Positions 49,876 to 63,639 are shown, counted from the stretch's first letter. The stretch: DNA of 64,000 nt from Gracilinanus agilis (GCF_016433145.1 NC_058133.1:478672689-478736688); one strand, 5' to 3'. A program made the numbers and translations. Notes: a model not told the origin generated them from the letters alone.

Positions 49876-51039
49876 TAGATGGAAGGATTCTGTAGAAGCT
49901 CTTGTCTACTCAACTGCATCATTTTTAGTTCACTGCATCAAAAGCCTGGTCCTTCTTCAGGCTTGACTTCCCCTCTCTCTAATCTCTTCGTTAATATAGA
50001 ATTCATTTATATTACAAAAGTAAAGGGATTTCTGTCACCCAGCCCCCATCTACCCATCCAACTCTCCTTGCTGAAATGTTGATTCAATGAATGGAGGAAA
50101 TACTTGTTTTAGTTTCAGCACCTAACAAATACTTCTCAAGTTGTTGCACATAAATTCACAATGTGATGTTAAGCTTGGCAGACCTCAGGCCCCCTACCAG
50201 CTCTTAAGCCATTAGACCTCCATTGGCATGTCCTTCTTTTCTAGGTTAGAAGCCTAGGTATCTGTCTAGGTGATACGATGGACAGAGCAAAGACTCTAGA
50301 TGACCTGAGTTCTAATCTTCCTAGAAACACTAACTATGTGACTAGGCAATTTATTTAGTCTCACTTTCCTCATTTATAAAATGGCAATAATAAGAGCACC
50401 TACTTTGTAGAGTTATTGTTATTAAATGAGATTGTATTAAATATACATGTGTATATGTAATATAAAGGGCTTAGTCAGCTTTAACGTGTAATATTGGGGT
50501 TAGCTATTTTAATGGCTTCCTCATGATTGATCCAAGGAAGGCTTGAAGCCTTTTCAAAGATTTATAAATCCAGCCAGTGGCATCCCTCTGCTATGCTCTA
50601 TTTGATCCTGGTCTTGCTTCTAGAAGTATTTCTCTGTCTGGTACAGTGGACCTAGCTTTGGCCTGACCCATAGCAAAGAGATCCCTTTTTCATATGAGTT
50701 TTAAATCCTACTCATAAGAGGATTCCCTCTTTCTGGTAGGAGATCCAACTTCCTGGCTACCAGACAGCTCCTCCCTGCTGTGCTATCTTGAATGAATGCC
50801 ATTTTTATCTAGAATAATTCTTGCTCAGAAGAGATATGCAGATCAGTTCCTAGGTATCTGTTCCAACTCTAATTATATCTAATATCTATCTAAATTCTTT
50901 TTTTGTTGTTGTTATTATGAACTTTAAAAAACGAAAAAACATAAGCACTTCCTCATGAGATGCATAGAAATAGAAGGTTGAGACACTAAGTTGAAATTCA
51001 TGAAACTACAAGTCTCTGTTTTGTATTTCTTGGTTTGTT

Positions 51040-51240
51040 TTTTTTTTAACCCTTACATTTTGTCTTTGAATCAATACTGTATATTGGTTCCAAGGCAGAA
51101 GAGTGGTAAGGGCTAGGCAATGGAAGCTAAGGGACTTGCCCAGGGTCACACAGCTGGAAAGTGTCCAAGTCCAGATTTGAACCTAGGACTTCCCGTCTCT
51201 GTGCCTGGCTCTTAATCCACTGAGCCATCTAGCTGCCTCC
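51040..51240 (-). mobile_element. SINE1_Mdo-like SINE
   Basis: Characteristic body. Confidence 0.8.
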
Positions 51241-51251
51241 TGGGTTTTGTT

Positions 51252-51256
<5 letters not shown>

Positions 51257-51326
<70 letters not shown>
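51257..51326. repeat. (TG)n microsatellite
   Basis: Directly visible. Confidence 0.95.
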
Positions 51327-51332
<6 letters not shown>

Positions 51333-51619
51333 AGGTTATGTCAAATTTAACACAGTAGTTTCTGTTTGTATAATCCATTTCTGAATCTTCTCTTTTCTTC
51401 TGTATATTTTTTTAAATTATCAATGTTGTTTCTTTCTTTTTCCACTATTTCCCACTCCCTCTCATGACCCTCTCTTCCCACCTCCCCACACGGAAAAGTT
51501 CTCCCTTATGACAAATAAGTACAATCAAGCAAAAGTATACTTTGGATGTGACTCAAAATGTATGTCTTCTTCTGAATCTATAACTCATCACCTCTCTGCC
51601 AATTTTTTTCTTTCTTTCC

Positions 51620-52145
51620 TTTTTTTAAATTTTATTTTTTTAGAAAAATTTTCCATGGTTACATGATTCATGTTCTTACTTATCTCTTCACCCTCTCAAT
51701 CCCACTTCCCTAATAGCCGACATGCATTTCCACTGTGTCATTGATCAAGACCTATTTCCATATTATTGATAGTTGTACTAGGGTGTTCATTTCGAGTCTA
51801 CATTCCCAATCATGTCTGCCTCAACCCATGTGTTCAAGCAGTTGCTTTTCTTCTGTGTTTCCACTCCTGTAGTTCTTCCTCTGAATGTGGGTAGTGTTCT
51901 TTTCCGTAAATCCCTCAGAACTGTCCTGGGTCATTGCATTGCTGCTAGTACAGAAGTCCACCACATTCTATTTTACCACAATGTATCAGTCTCTGTGTAC
52001 AATGTTCTCCTGGTTCTGCTCCTTTCACTCTGCGTCAATTCCTGGAAGTCATTCCAGTTCACATGGAATTCCTCCAGTTCATTATTCCTTTGAGCACAAT
52101 AGTATTCCATCACCAACAGATACCACCATTTGTTCATCCTCAGGG
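51620..52145 (-). mobile_element. L1 (L1_Mdo-like) 3' end
   Basis: Reverse complement of the same 3'UTR plus ORF2 end; T-rich tail at ~51620. Confidence 0.8.
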
Positions 52146-52287
52146 TTCTGGAGTCATTGAAAGGTTATAGTGTTGTAGAATTATAGTCTTTAATTCTTTG
52201 ACAGTTTCCTTTATGATGCTTTATACTATATACATATATATGTATATGAATGTGTGTTAAACACTCCAGAGAAGGGAGAGAGAATGA

Positions 52288-52478
52288 NNNNNNNNNNNNN
52301 NNNNNNNNNNNNNNNNNNNNNNNNNNNNNNNNNNNNNNNNNNNNNNNNNNNNNNNNNNNNNNNNNNNNNNNNNNNNNNNNNNNNNNNNNNNNNNNNNNNN
52401 NNNNNNNNNNNNNNNNNNNNNNNNNNNNNNNNNNNNNNNNNNNNNNNNNNNNNNNNNNNNNNNNNNNNNNNNNNNNNN
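52288..52478. other. Assembly gap (191 N)
   Basis: N run. Confidence 1.
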
Positions 52479-53651
52479 CTTATATAGTCGGTTTTCACCA
52501 CTCCTCCCAGGACTCTCTGATTGGACAGGCTTAACTTCCAGACATGTCACCCATCTCATAAGGACTTCCGCCAGTCCCTTTTATTCACACAAGCACTTGG
52601 AGTCATGAGATTTCTGACATCCTGCATAGTTTCCATGTGTAACCAGTCAAAGGGTGGCGCTGATATCAATCTAGAATGGTTTTTTCAAACTGAATAAGGG
52701 AGTACAATTTATATTAAATTCACACTGATTGGACCATTTTTTCTATGTGGTTGTCCATGACTTCCTTTTCTTCTTTTTGAGAACTGTCTATTATATCCTT
52801 TGATCATTTATCTATTAAGAAATAGCTCTTGTTATATATTTGAATCAATTCCCTATAGATCTTAGATGTGAGATCTTTACCAAAAAATATTTACTGCAAA
52901 GATTCCTTCCTTCCCAGTTAACAGTTTCATTTTTAATATTTTAACTATTAATAATCAATGCTGTCCTTTTCATTCCTTGTAATAATCTCTCCTCCTTGTT
53001 TAATTAAGAATTTTCTCCCCTCCATTTCTAGTTGTGATAAATATCTCCTTCTCTTTCCTTTAATTTGTTTATGATATGACCTTTTTCATTACAATATGCA
53101 ACCATTTGAGATTTGAGGTATCTAAGTGATTCAGTGGATGGAGCATTGAACTTGGAGTCAGGGAAACTTGCATTCAAATCTTGCCTCAGACACTTATTAG
53201 CTGAGTAAAATCACTGAGCAAATCGCTTGATCTTTCTTTGCCTTAGTTTCCTGATCTGTAAAATGAGGATAATAATAGCACCTATCTCCCACTGTTGTTT
53301 GATGATCAAATGATATAAAGTGCTTTGCAAACCTTAAAATACTATATAAATACTAGCTATTGTTATGGTCTATAATGTGAAATGTTCATTTACACTCCAT
53401 TTATGCCAGACTGCTCTATTGCTTTCCCAGAAGTTTTTACTGAGTCTCCATCTGGTTTCCTTGGGTTTATTGTATATTGTATTACTACATTTAATTGCTT
53501 CTGATCCAGAGTGAAGTCAACAAAAGCAGAAGGAAAAAATGCATACAATGGCTACAGTCATGTAAAAGGGTAGAGGGACCTTGAGAGACTTAAGAACACT
53601 GGCCAATGCAATTGCCAAGCATGTTATCAGAAAAATGATGATGCATGTTAT

Positions 53652-54530
53652 CCATGATTAGGCAGAGAAGTGATAGAATAGAAGAGTGAGAAGAAATATG
53701 CATTTTTAGACAAGCCAAGGTGCTTAACTCTGCCTTTTAGTTACAAGAGAAGACTTCTTTTGGAGGAGGAATGAGAATTGGTGTATGGAGAAATGAGGCA
53801 AAAAGAAAAGAAAAAAATTAAAGAGGGGAAACAAGATGGCAATTCGATACATTTGTGATAGTTTAACATGCATTTTAAGAAGAAAAATATAGTGGAAATT
53901 CAGTTTCATATTCCATCATCTTTTCTGTTCTTTATATAATGAAACATTCATGTTTATTGATTGTGTAAAATGTATAACAAAAAAGAGAATTTTTTAAAAG
54001 TATAAGTGGGGCAGGGGTGATGACAATTTTCATACTATATATATACATATATATATATTACAATATATAATATAGAAAACATTTCCATGNCCATGATTAG
54101 GCAGAGAAGTGATAGAATAGAAGAGTGAGAAGAAATATGCATTTTTAGACAAGCCAAGGTGCTTAACTCTGCCTTTTGGTTACAAGAGAAGACTTCTTTT
54201 GGAGGAGGAATGAGAATTGGTGTATGGAGAAATGAGGCAAAAAGAAAAGAAAAAAATTAAAGAGGGGAAACAAGATGGCAATTCGATACATTTATGATAG
54301 TTTAACATGCATTTTAAGAAGAAAAATATAGTGGAAATTCAGTTTCATATTCCATCATCTTTTCTGTTCTTTATATAATGAAACATTCATGTTTATTGAT
54401 TGTGTAAAATGTATAACAAAAAAGAGAATTTTTTAAAAGTATAAGTGGGGCAGGGGTGATGACAATTTTCATACTATATATATACATATATATATATAAT
54501 ACAATATAGAATATAGAAAACATTTCCATG
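53652..54530. repeat. ~439-bp direct duplication across a single N (54090)
   Basis: 53652-54089 vs 54091-54530 are near-identical, differing by a few SNVs and an indel. Confidence 0.9.
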
Positions 54531-56391
54531 AGGCCAGTGATTTAAATTGCAAAATCCTAGCTTTTCATGTTATTGTTTTGAACTATGAGCTGAGAGTCTA
54601 AAGTTGTCTCTTTCTCCCTTTCTGCCTCTTTCTCTCTGTCTCTCTCTGTCACTGTCTGTGTCTCTTTGTCTCTCTTTCTCTGCCTCAATGTCCTGATGCC
54701 AAAATTGAGGCACCTGGAACATAGATCTTGGGTTGGGGGTAGAGGGGAGGACCCAAAACAAACTGTAACCACAGAGTGTTCTTACAAAGTCAGAGAACTC
54801 GAGATTAAACCCTAGAACAATGCCACAGAGGCATCTTAGTCAAATCTGGACTGGAGGGAACTTGGTTCTTTCTGACTCTAGGACCAGGAGTAGTCCTACA
54901 TAGAAGGAAAGATCTCATCTCATTCTCCTGTTCCATGCTGGGAGAAAGAAAACAGCCTCAGGCTAAGATTCCCACTCAGCACCAGGAAGCAAGAGATGAC
55001 TTCTGTTTTTATCCTTGAGTTTCAGTCAAAAATTAAAATAGCAAGGCTGGCCAAATTTGGTGGATTTCCTGCCCTTTTCCCCTCAATCAGAGGTAGTGGT
55101 TAAAGGCTGAACTTAGACTAAGATTCATATCCTGCCACTGATACTAACTGGATGTATCTATGAAAGTCACTTAATGTCTCTGTACCTAAGGTATAATAGG
55201 GATAATAAGTATATAAAATAGGGATAATAATAAGCCCTGGCAAGTCCCTCAGTGGGTTCTGAGGTTCAAATGAGATAATCTAAGTAATGAAAGTTCTTTG
55301 CAAACTTTAGATCACTTTGTGAATGTCAGTCATGCTTGGTATTGGTGTTGTTGCTGTTATTACATAGGAGAAGAAAGTAAAGGAACATGATTACCCAGTC
55401 CCAGACCAATCTACTACAATGCAACTAAAGTTCTAAGATAATCATTTCCATTTCCTCCAACTCCTTTCCATTTTACACATCTGGATATCCAGTCTAGAGC
55501 TCACTATCCCCATTTTATGGCTCTACATTATAGAAAGGAGAATGAATTTGCCCAAGATCATAAAACATTAAAAGTGATGGATTTGGAAACCATCTTGATG
55601 AAGAAGAAGCACCAGATTGGGAGTCAGAGGAACTAGGCTAGAACTTGACTTCTGCCACTGTGTGTCAGACCTCTTTACTCAAATATCTAATAGATATCTT
55701 AAACTCAACATATTCAAAACAGAATCCATTATCTTTCCTCTTCCAGACCAACTCCTTACTTTTGTCAAAAGTATCATCTTTCTAGTCACCAAAGTTCTCA
55801 AAGGTAGAGTCATCCTCAACTTTTCATTCACCATATCTGATCATTTGCTACATTTTTCATAATATCTTTTTCACTGTCTCCTCTCTGAGCACACAACCAC
55901 CACCTTCCTTTAGGTCTTCATCTTGGAATTGTTGTGAGGAAATCAAACTGTAGACTTTAAATTCCTTAGAAATGTGACTTCTTTAGTATAAGGTCATTAT
56001 ACTTTAAAACCCAGAAGGGACCCTGGAGGCTATATATTCCAATACTGCCCTTTGATCTTACTTACCAGGTACTTTCACATTTGCCATGGGTGTTTTTATC
56101 ATCCTTACAATAATCCAGTGAGGCATATAGTGTAGGAGAAAATGAACCACAACAAAATCAACAAATAATAAAAATTAATAATAATAAGTACAACATCCAC
56201 CATTTGTAAAGCTCTTTACAATTAAAAATATTTATTCATGGCATCATAGATTTAGAGTTCTATAGGACTTCAAAAGTCATTTCATCCTACTCTTTCATTT
56301 TGTGGATGAGGAAACTAAGGATCAGAGACATTAAATTACTTTCCCAAGTTCACATAGATACACTCTCACTCCCTACCACACACAGAATAAC

Positions 56392-56640
56392 TTTTTTAAA
56401 ACCTTTACCTTCTGTCTTAGAATCAATTCTTTTAAAATTAATTAATTAATTAATTAAAAACCTTACCTTCTATCTTAGAATCAATACTGAGAATTGGTTC
56501 CAAGGTTGGTCAGTAAGGGTTAAGTGACTTTCCCAGGGTCACACAGATAGGAAGTATCTGAGGCCAGAGTTGAGCCCAGGACCTTCCATCTTTAAGCCTG
56601 GCTCTCTATCCATTGAGCCACCCAGCTGCCCCCTTAGTTA
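56392..56640 (-). mobile_element. SINE1_Mdo-like SINE with duplicated 3' end
   Basis: Two tandem aaaacct(t)accttct(g/a)tcttagaatcaat segments. Confidence 0.7.
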
Positions 56641-57894
56641 ATTCTAAGATAGAAGAGAAGCAAGAGCTGGGCAATTAGAACTAAAGGTTTCTGAGGTTAG
56701 GCAAAAGAAAAAGATTGGGTAACTTGCCCAATATCATATTGTTGGTCAATGATAAAAGCAGAACTTGGATCTCTAATAAAACTTTATACTTTTCCAAACA
56801 ATTGGTCCTTATAGCAATTCTGTGTTGTAATGTGATAGCAGGTAACACTGCATCAAGTTAGAAAACTAAGACAACAAAATGTGACAGAAATCGAGCAAGG
56901 TCACATATTGGATTCATGAATAGACTTGTAATGAAAATCTAGGTCATTTACCCTCTAATCTAAAGCTTTCTAGCCCCATCTCATAAATGGGAAAAACAAA
57001 AGTACAAAAATTACCCAGAGTCATGTAGCAAAAGCCTCTGACAATAACTCAGGTGGGCTCCAGGGGAAGGGGTCCAGGGAACTGATTGTGAAGTAGTTCA
57101 TCAGTTGAGGATCTAACCTATAGGACCAAGCACAGAAGGACCTTTTAGGCTAGTCCCCTTTGTTTTATCCATGAGGAAAAGGAAGACCAGAGAGGGGGTA
57201 ATTACTCTGGAAGGTGGCAAAAGCAGAGTTCAAACTCAGGTACTTTCATGTCAAATCCAGTTCTCTTTCCTCTATAAAATGTGTGGTTCCTAGAAGAGTG
57301 TAAGCTCTTTGTTGTATCTCTACTTCCTAGTACATCATCCAACAACTCATAGCCACATAAAATTTATGGTATAGAATTGGACTGAAAGGATCTGACTTTT
57401 CAGGTTGAGTTAGGGATGCTAGAGCCTAGGAATATTTTATCACTTGGCTGTCTGCTAGGTTTTGAGTAGGAGGTCCTTTTACCAAACAAAGGTGAGGGTT
57501 ATATCAGTCTCAGAGCACAATGGTATTTCTAAGACCCTAACATGGTATTAGCAATTCTTGATCCTGCTACTCAATGCCCAGGTGACCTTAGGCAAATCAT
57601 TTATCTTCTCTGGACCTCAGTTTCCTCCCCTGTAAAATGAGAAAGTTGGATCTGATGAGTGCTAAGGCATCAAAAATATAAAAAAGGAAGAGAGTAGAGT
57701 TTACAATGAGAGCCTTGGAAGTAAGAAGAAGATGAAGAAATAAGAGGCTAAGGAAGGGTGGTCAGAGAGGCAGAAAATTCAGGGTAGAACAAGGTTAGAG
57801 AAGCCAAAGGAGGCAACAAGCCAATATTCATGCCAGGAGGAGCTGGTGATCAATAATGTTAAAAGCTATACAAAGGTCAAAAAGAATAAGGACT

Positions 57895-58095
57895 GGGGTC
57901 AGCTGGGCTGCTCAGTGGGTTGAGAGCCAGATCTAGAGATGGGAGGTCCTAGGTTCAAAGCTGGCCTCAGATACTTCCAAGCTGTGTGACCCTGGGCAAG
58001 TCACTTAATTCCCCATTGCCTAGCCTTTACCACTCTTTTGCCTTGGAACCAATATGCAGTATTGATTATAAGGTAAGGGCTTAAAAAAAAAGGAA
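57895..58095 (+). mobile_element. SINE1_Mdo-like SINE
   Basis: Head gtcagctgggctgctcagtgggttgagagcc, A tail. Confidence 0.8.
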
Positions 58096-59994
58096 GAAGG
58101 GTTGAGGAAAATATAAAGAATTTAGCAATTAAATCCTTCCTCTTAGACCCCAAACCCTTCTTCCCACAGACTACAATGAACCCCCCTCACTATTTTCTGA
58201 ATCGTGATGAAGCATTTTCCATTTCCTTTTTTTTTTGTCTTCCTCAATTCATTCATGGCACCTCTCAGAATATGAATCACGAGTAAGATGGGGGTGACCC
58301 TAAAAAGTGAGTCAGGAGGAGTAATTGGTGATCAGTATTTCCAGTAAGACTGAGGGAGACTCAGGTTCCATTCTGATGTTTGGCTGAGAGTTTTGGCATG
58401 GACTTGAGCTATCAATAGGGAAGAAAAATGGAGGGGATATCCCAGGATATGATGTCTTCTCCAAAGAGAGACAAAAACCATTTAGATGAAATGACCAAAA
58501 TTGGAAAGAAAATCATAATGCTTAAGTTGGAATTAAATTTCTTTTGGTACCTACCTAACCCCAGTCTTCCTTCCACTCTAACCTTCCATCTTTAGTTTCT
58601 TCCTATTTCTCGGATCCTTTTTTGTTACCTATAAAAGTTACTCAGACCTTCTCCTTTTTTTTATTTTTTAAATTAGTGTATTTTTAAATTTGTGCATACT
58701 TTTATAATCTGTCCCTCCTAATGCCTCCTAACTGAACCCAAAAAAGGCCATGAAATAAAATTTTCATCATAAATATACATAGTCTTCTGACACATTTGAC
58801 CATTATTAAATTTATCACCTCTCTGACAGGAGGTGAGAGTCACATTTTATCTGCAGGCTTCTAGTCTTGAAGTTTATCACTGGCGTTGACCAGAGTTTGA
58901 AAGTCTTTCAAAGTTATTTTTCTCTATGATATTATTGTCACTGTATGAATTGCTCACTTTGCTTTGCATCAATTCATAGAGGTCTTTTCAGGTTCCTCTG
59001 AAATTATATTCCCATTCCCTATGGCATAATAATATTCCATTATATTCACATGCCTTAATTTTTTTTAGTAATTCGCCATTAGGAGGATATTCCTTCTGGG
59101 AGAAAAGAACATGTTTGTTATTATGAAAAGAATTGCTATAAATATTTTTGTACATTTTGATCCTCTTCCTCTTTCTTTAGTATCTTTCAGGTATAATCCT
59201 AATAATGGCGTAGCTAGTCAAAGAGTATAAACATTTTATTGACCTTTTGGCCATAGTTCGGAATTGCTTTCCAGAATGGCTAGACCAACTCACAATACTT
59301 AGTGTGTCTATTTTCCTACAGCCCCTCCAACATTTGTAATTTGCCTTTTGTATCATCTTCGCCAGTCTGATGGGTGAGAAGAGGACCCTCAAAGTTGCCT
59401 AATTTGCATTTCTCTAACATAGCCTGGGGGTACAAGTACCTTAACTTCTCAGTGATCTAGGCAATCCCACAAGACTATAAAATGCAGAGTAGCTACTCTT
59501 CTGAGATGGTAGAATGAGTTTCATTACTTAGGAGTCCTGCACACCAGGGATATCATAGGGCTGGTCCAAAAAGTACTTCTTAGTCTGTAGAATAATATCA
59601 ACACAAATGTTTATTGAATAAATTTATGATTGAACGTCATTGCAATTGGTTGGCATGTTAGGCTGTTAAAGTTGATGGTCCAAACACATCTGGGATTGAT
59701 TATCCTGGGGCAAGTTCAAGTACTCAGGGCTGTCATTTATTTTGTTTTGTTTTATTGTATTTGTTTTGCTTTATTTTACACGGAGAGAAGGTACACTAGG
59801 TCAGACTTCAAAACCAGGTTGTCCTGACTTGAAGTCGTCTCTCACACATCCTAGCTTGACTCTAGGCAAGTCACTTAGCAACTCTCTAAAACTATCAATG
59901 GCTGAGAAGATGGTGACCTGCATTAACAGAGGCAGTTTCCTCACCCAGGAATTCTTTATACAAAAAAAAAAAATCCTAAGGCCAGTCCTTATCC

Positions 59995-60205
59995 CTATTC
60001 TTTTTTTTTTTCTATTTAACTTTTGTCTTCCATCTTCCAATCAATGCTGTGTATTGGTTCCAAGATAGAAAAGAGGTAAGGGCGAAGCAATGGAGGTTAA
60101 GTCACTTGCCCAGGATCTCATAGCTAGGAAATGTCTGAGGTCAGATTTGAACCCAGGACCCCTGTCTCTATGCCTTGCTCTTGATCCACTGAGCCATCTA
60201 GCTAC
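59995..60205 (-). mobile_element. SINE1_Mdo-like SINE
   Basis: Characteristic body. Confidence 0.75.
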
Positions 60206-60379
60206 CCCCTCCCCATCCCTCTTCTAAGGAAGATTAAAATCTTGACCTAGATTTTTCCATCTCCCTTTCCCTTATTCCTCCACCCCCAATCTTCACTTTC
60301 CCTATTTTAGTTCTCTCTCTTTCTCTCTCTCAGGTGGGGAAATTAATGTTGCTTATTTGGTCCCAAGACTCTGGGGTAT

Positions 60380-60790
60380 CCCCATATTGTGGTCAGAACC
60401 ATCACATGGGACATCAAAAATTCTAATTCCTTAGAAAGGAAACTGCAACCGGACAGTCCATATATAGCTCTACTCTCAGGAGGAGGAACTGACTATTAAT
60501 AGTGACCGCCTGACACCCTTCTCCATGACTTATTAGAAAAGCTCATTTCCCCCTTCTACCTCCTCCCTCCACAACTCTTTCCCCATCACCCTAGTTCTTT
60601 TGAAACTTCAAAAACCGAATGAGTAGCTGAGGGTATTGCTATTCTTAGATATTTGGAGCCACGTGGGCACATAGGGTGCCCCTTGGTTGTGTAAGTGGCA
60701 TCATGACATCAACCTTACTAAGAAAATTTCCATGTTCCAATCTCCCCTCACCTCTCCTATCCACTATAAAAAGAAGCTGGGCACAGAGCA
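60380..60790 (+). promoter_or_regulatory. CCL3-like proximal promoter
   Basis: TATAAA 60765-60770; kB-like GAAAATTTCC 60722-60731; CRE-like TGACATCA 60704-60711; C/EBP-like TTGTGTAA ~60687; RUNX TGTGGT ~60388. Confidence 0.7.
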
Positions 60791-60884
60791 GGGCACAGAG
60801 GGAGCCAGGGAACTCAGAACTCACAAGACTCTCCCAACTGAAGGGTTTATCACCTGCCTGAAACTCCTTCTCTTCACCAACATC

Positions 60885-62569
60885 ATGAAAAGTTCTGTGG
60901 CTGTCCTCTCTGTCCTCATCATGGCCATTGCCTTCTGCTCTCAGGTCTCTTCATTTTTATCAGGTCAGTCTGTTTTCCCTTCTCCTTTTTTAAAACCATT
61001 CCCCTATTTCTAATCAGGAGGAGAGATGATTTTGAGGAGACAGAGACTGGAGTACCACATCTATGACTTGTGGACCGAAATTATTATGTGAAAGTATAGC
61101 TTGAAACCCACCCAGGGTTTTGAAATGGCTTGGACCATTCTTCAATATGCTTCTCTCTCCAAAATGGGGAATCTCCTAGTAACTCCTCAGACACAGGATT
61201 GGGTCCTCACCATAACCCTAGGAAGGAGTTATTATTGTTATGATACCCATTTAACAGATTAGAAAAGTAAGTTTCAGAATGAGTTAAGTAACTTGCCCAG
61301 AGACATAAAGTTCACAAGTTTCTGAGGTTGGAGTCAAAGCAAAGCTCCGTTCACTATGCCAGAGTACCACTCACGAGAAAGAAGGAAAAGGAAAGATGCC
61401 CCCTGTCATTCCCAATCTTCTCTGCTCTTTCCACATCTATCTCTCTGAGCCCAGAAGTGTTAAGTCATTCTATCCCCACTTATTCTGCTACAGAATGATG
61501 TAGACCTCACGGTGTTTCTTCCCTTACAGTTGGGGCTGACACTCCCAGTGCCTGCTGCTTCTCTTATACCTCCCGGAGGATCCCTCCAGCATTTTTGGTG
61601 GATTTTTATGAGACCAGTAGCAAATGCTCCAAGTCAGCCATCATGTGAGTAATGGTGCTAATGACCATGTTTGGGGAAGAGAGGCAAGGGTTGTGTGGGC
61701 AGAGGCTTCCAGGGTGTGTGTGTGGGGAGAAAAAAATTCCTTCGTGTCTAAGCATGAAAAAAGTAGTTTGCAGCTAAAATAAAATGAGGAGAAATTCAGC
61801 CAGGGCTCCTGGAAAAAAAAAAAAAAAAACTTCCACTTGCCCCATGATTCTGAGGCATTGGGGCTGGTGCTCTAGTTGAGCATAAGGGAGAAATAGAAAA
61901 TTTTAAAAAGAGATTCATGGCTTCTATCTTGGGATGTTATAGATAGAGGGACAGTTTGAAGCTATTGTCATTAGAGGATGAGGGAGAGGGAGAAGAAAAC
62001 AAAAAGGAGAGACCAAAGTTTCATGGAGCAATAGTTCTCCAGTTTTTTTTTATCTTAGAACCACTTCACATTCCTAAAAATTATTGGGGACCCCAAAGAT
62101 TAATTATTTATATTTGTCTATTTTTACCATACTAGAAACTTTAAGTATCTTAGTATTTTTATGAAAATTTTGAAAGGGACTTAGGGACTTCTAAGGGTTC
62201 CCTGCATTATACTGTGGGAACCACTGCACCAAAAAATAGATATGGGTTGTAAGAATGAGCCCCGCAAAAAGGAGAATGAGCCTGAGCTGCCTCTGGTATG
62301 AGAGAGCCATATAAATCCAGATCTGATGGAAATGTCCTCTTCTTTCTCCAGAAGTTGAATTTCTCAATTTTTAATCTTTTTACTTCTTGTGCCACAGATT
62401 CATCACCAAAAAGGGCTATCAAGCCTGTGCCGACCCTAGGGAGCCATGGGTCCAGAAGAATATCAAAAACTTGGAAGCATTGAAGAAAGAAGTCAAGTTC
62501 TTACCAAGTGGAACTCCAAGGAACCAGAACCAGGAAAGTGTCTCTACCATGACGATGACAACTGAATGA
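60885..62569 (+). CDS. CCL3: CCL3-like CC chemokine with C-terminal extension, 121 aa as assembled
   Basis: Exons 60885-60963, 61530-61644, 62398-62569 (79+115+172 nt), GT-AG. MKSSVAVLSVLIMAIAFCSQVSSFLSVGADTPSACCFSYTSRRIPPAFLVDFYETSSKCSKSAIIFITKKGYQACADPREPWVQKNIKNLEALKKEVKFLPSGTPRNQNQESVSTMTMTTE. GADTP.ACCFSYTSR is CCL3-like, and the divergent orientation to CCL4 matches eutherians. AATAAA at 62856 and 62875. Exact orthology is less certain than family membership. Confidence 0.85.
62029..62226. mobile_element. hAT/Charlie-type MITE in intron 2 of the CCL3-like gene
   Basis: Imperfect terminal inverted repeats caatagttctcc / gggaaccactg; internal taaaaattattggggaccccaaaga resembles Charlie MITEs. 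Confidence 0.5.
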
Positions 62570-63639
62570 AGATAACCCTAACTTTTATGACTCCAGCTGT
62601 CTTCTGGAATGTTCCCTGACTTTAATTTAAAATACTCGATCATATTTAATGTTTATAATTTATTTCCAGTGTTGACTTGTGTTATTTATTGGACATTTGT
62701 GGCCGTTCTCACCCTCCATTTCCCTGACTCTTCTCCATCACATTGATGGCTAATCTCATGGTGCTAGTATTTGTATGATATTGTGACAAAGTGACTATTT
62801 CTCCTGAATATCTACTATGAGCCATGGCTTTCTTTAACCCAAAACCCTTAAAGAGAATAAAGATGTATTTTTAAAATAAATAAAGCTGCATTGGATTAAC
62901 TGTGAAGTTATCTTTTATTTCTTTTTCTAATGGAACGTTGAACAAATTGCTTCACCTTCCTGAGCCTTGATTTACTCATATGTAAAATAAAAGTACTGGA
63001 CTGGATTGTTTTCCCTGGTCACAGGTCTGCTTCAATGTCTTCACTTTGTAAAATGACGGTTATTAGACTAAATTTCTTCCCTTTCCAAAGGTTTCAGTTT
63101 CCTCGTCTGGAATATGCAGGTGTTGGACCACATGGTTCCTGAGATCCCTTCTAGCTCTTCATTGATGAGTCTAAAATCCAGCCCTTTTCCTCTCTCTGCA
63201 GCTGCCTCTAAGTTTCCAATTGAAACTGCTCCTGCTGAAATGGGCAGAAGAGTTAGAGAAGAAAATGCAATGAGGTTGGGAGCATTTTCTGAGGATATCC
63301 CTAAGGATCACAGAGAGAGTAGATATAGGGGCTGAGAAAGAGTCTTGAAATTTGAAAGCATGATGAGTATAGAAAAAGGAAATTCTATGAGCTCTCCTAG
63401 GAAAGAAAAACTCAGAATGGGATGAATTGCTCACCTTGATGTGTTTCTGTTTCTAGAACTCTGTCTTCCAAGGAAGACAGCCAGTGCTTAGCCAACCCCA
63501 AAGAGGTCTGGGTCCAAAGATTGCCATTTAGCTAAAACAGGAAAACAAGTAAGGTATGCACCGAGCCCCCCAACTTTCCCCCACACCCCTAAAAAGCAAC
63601 TCTACACAAATGCTAAATGTTTTGCAGAAGAAATCTGGA

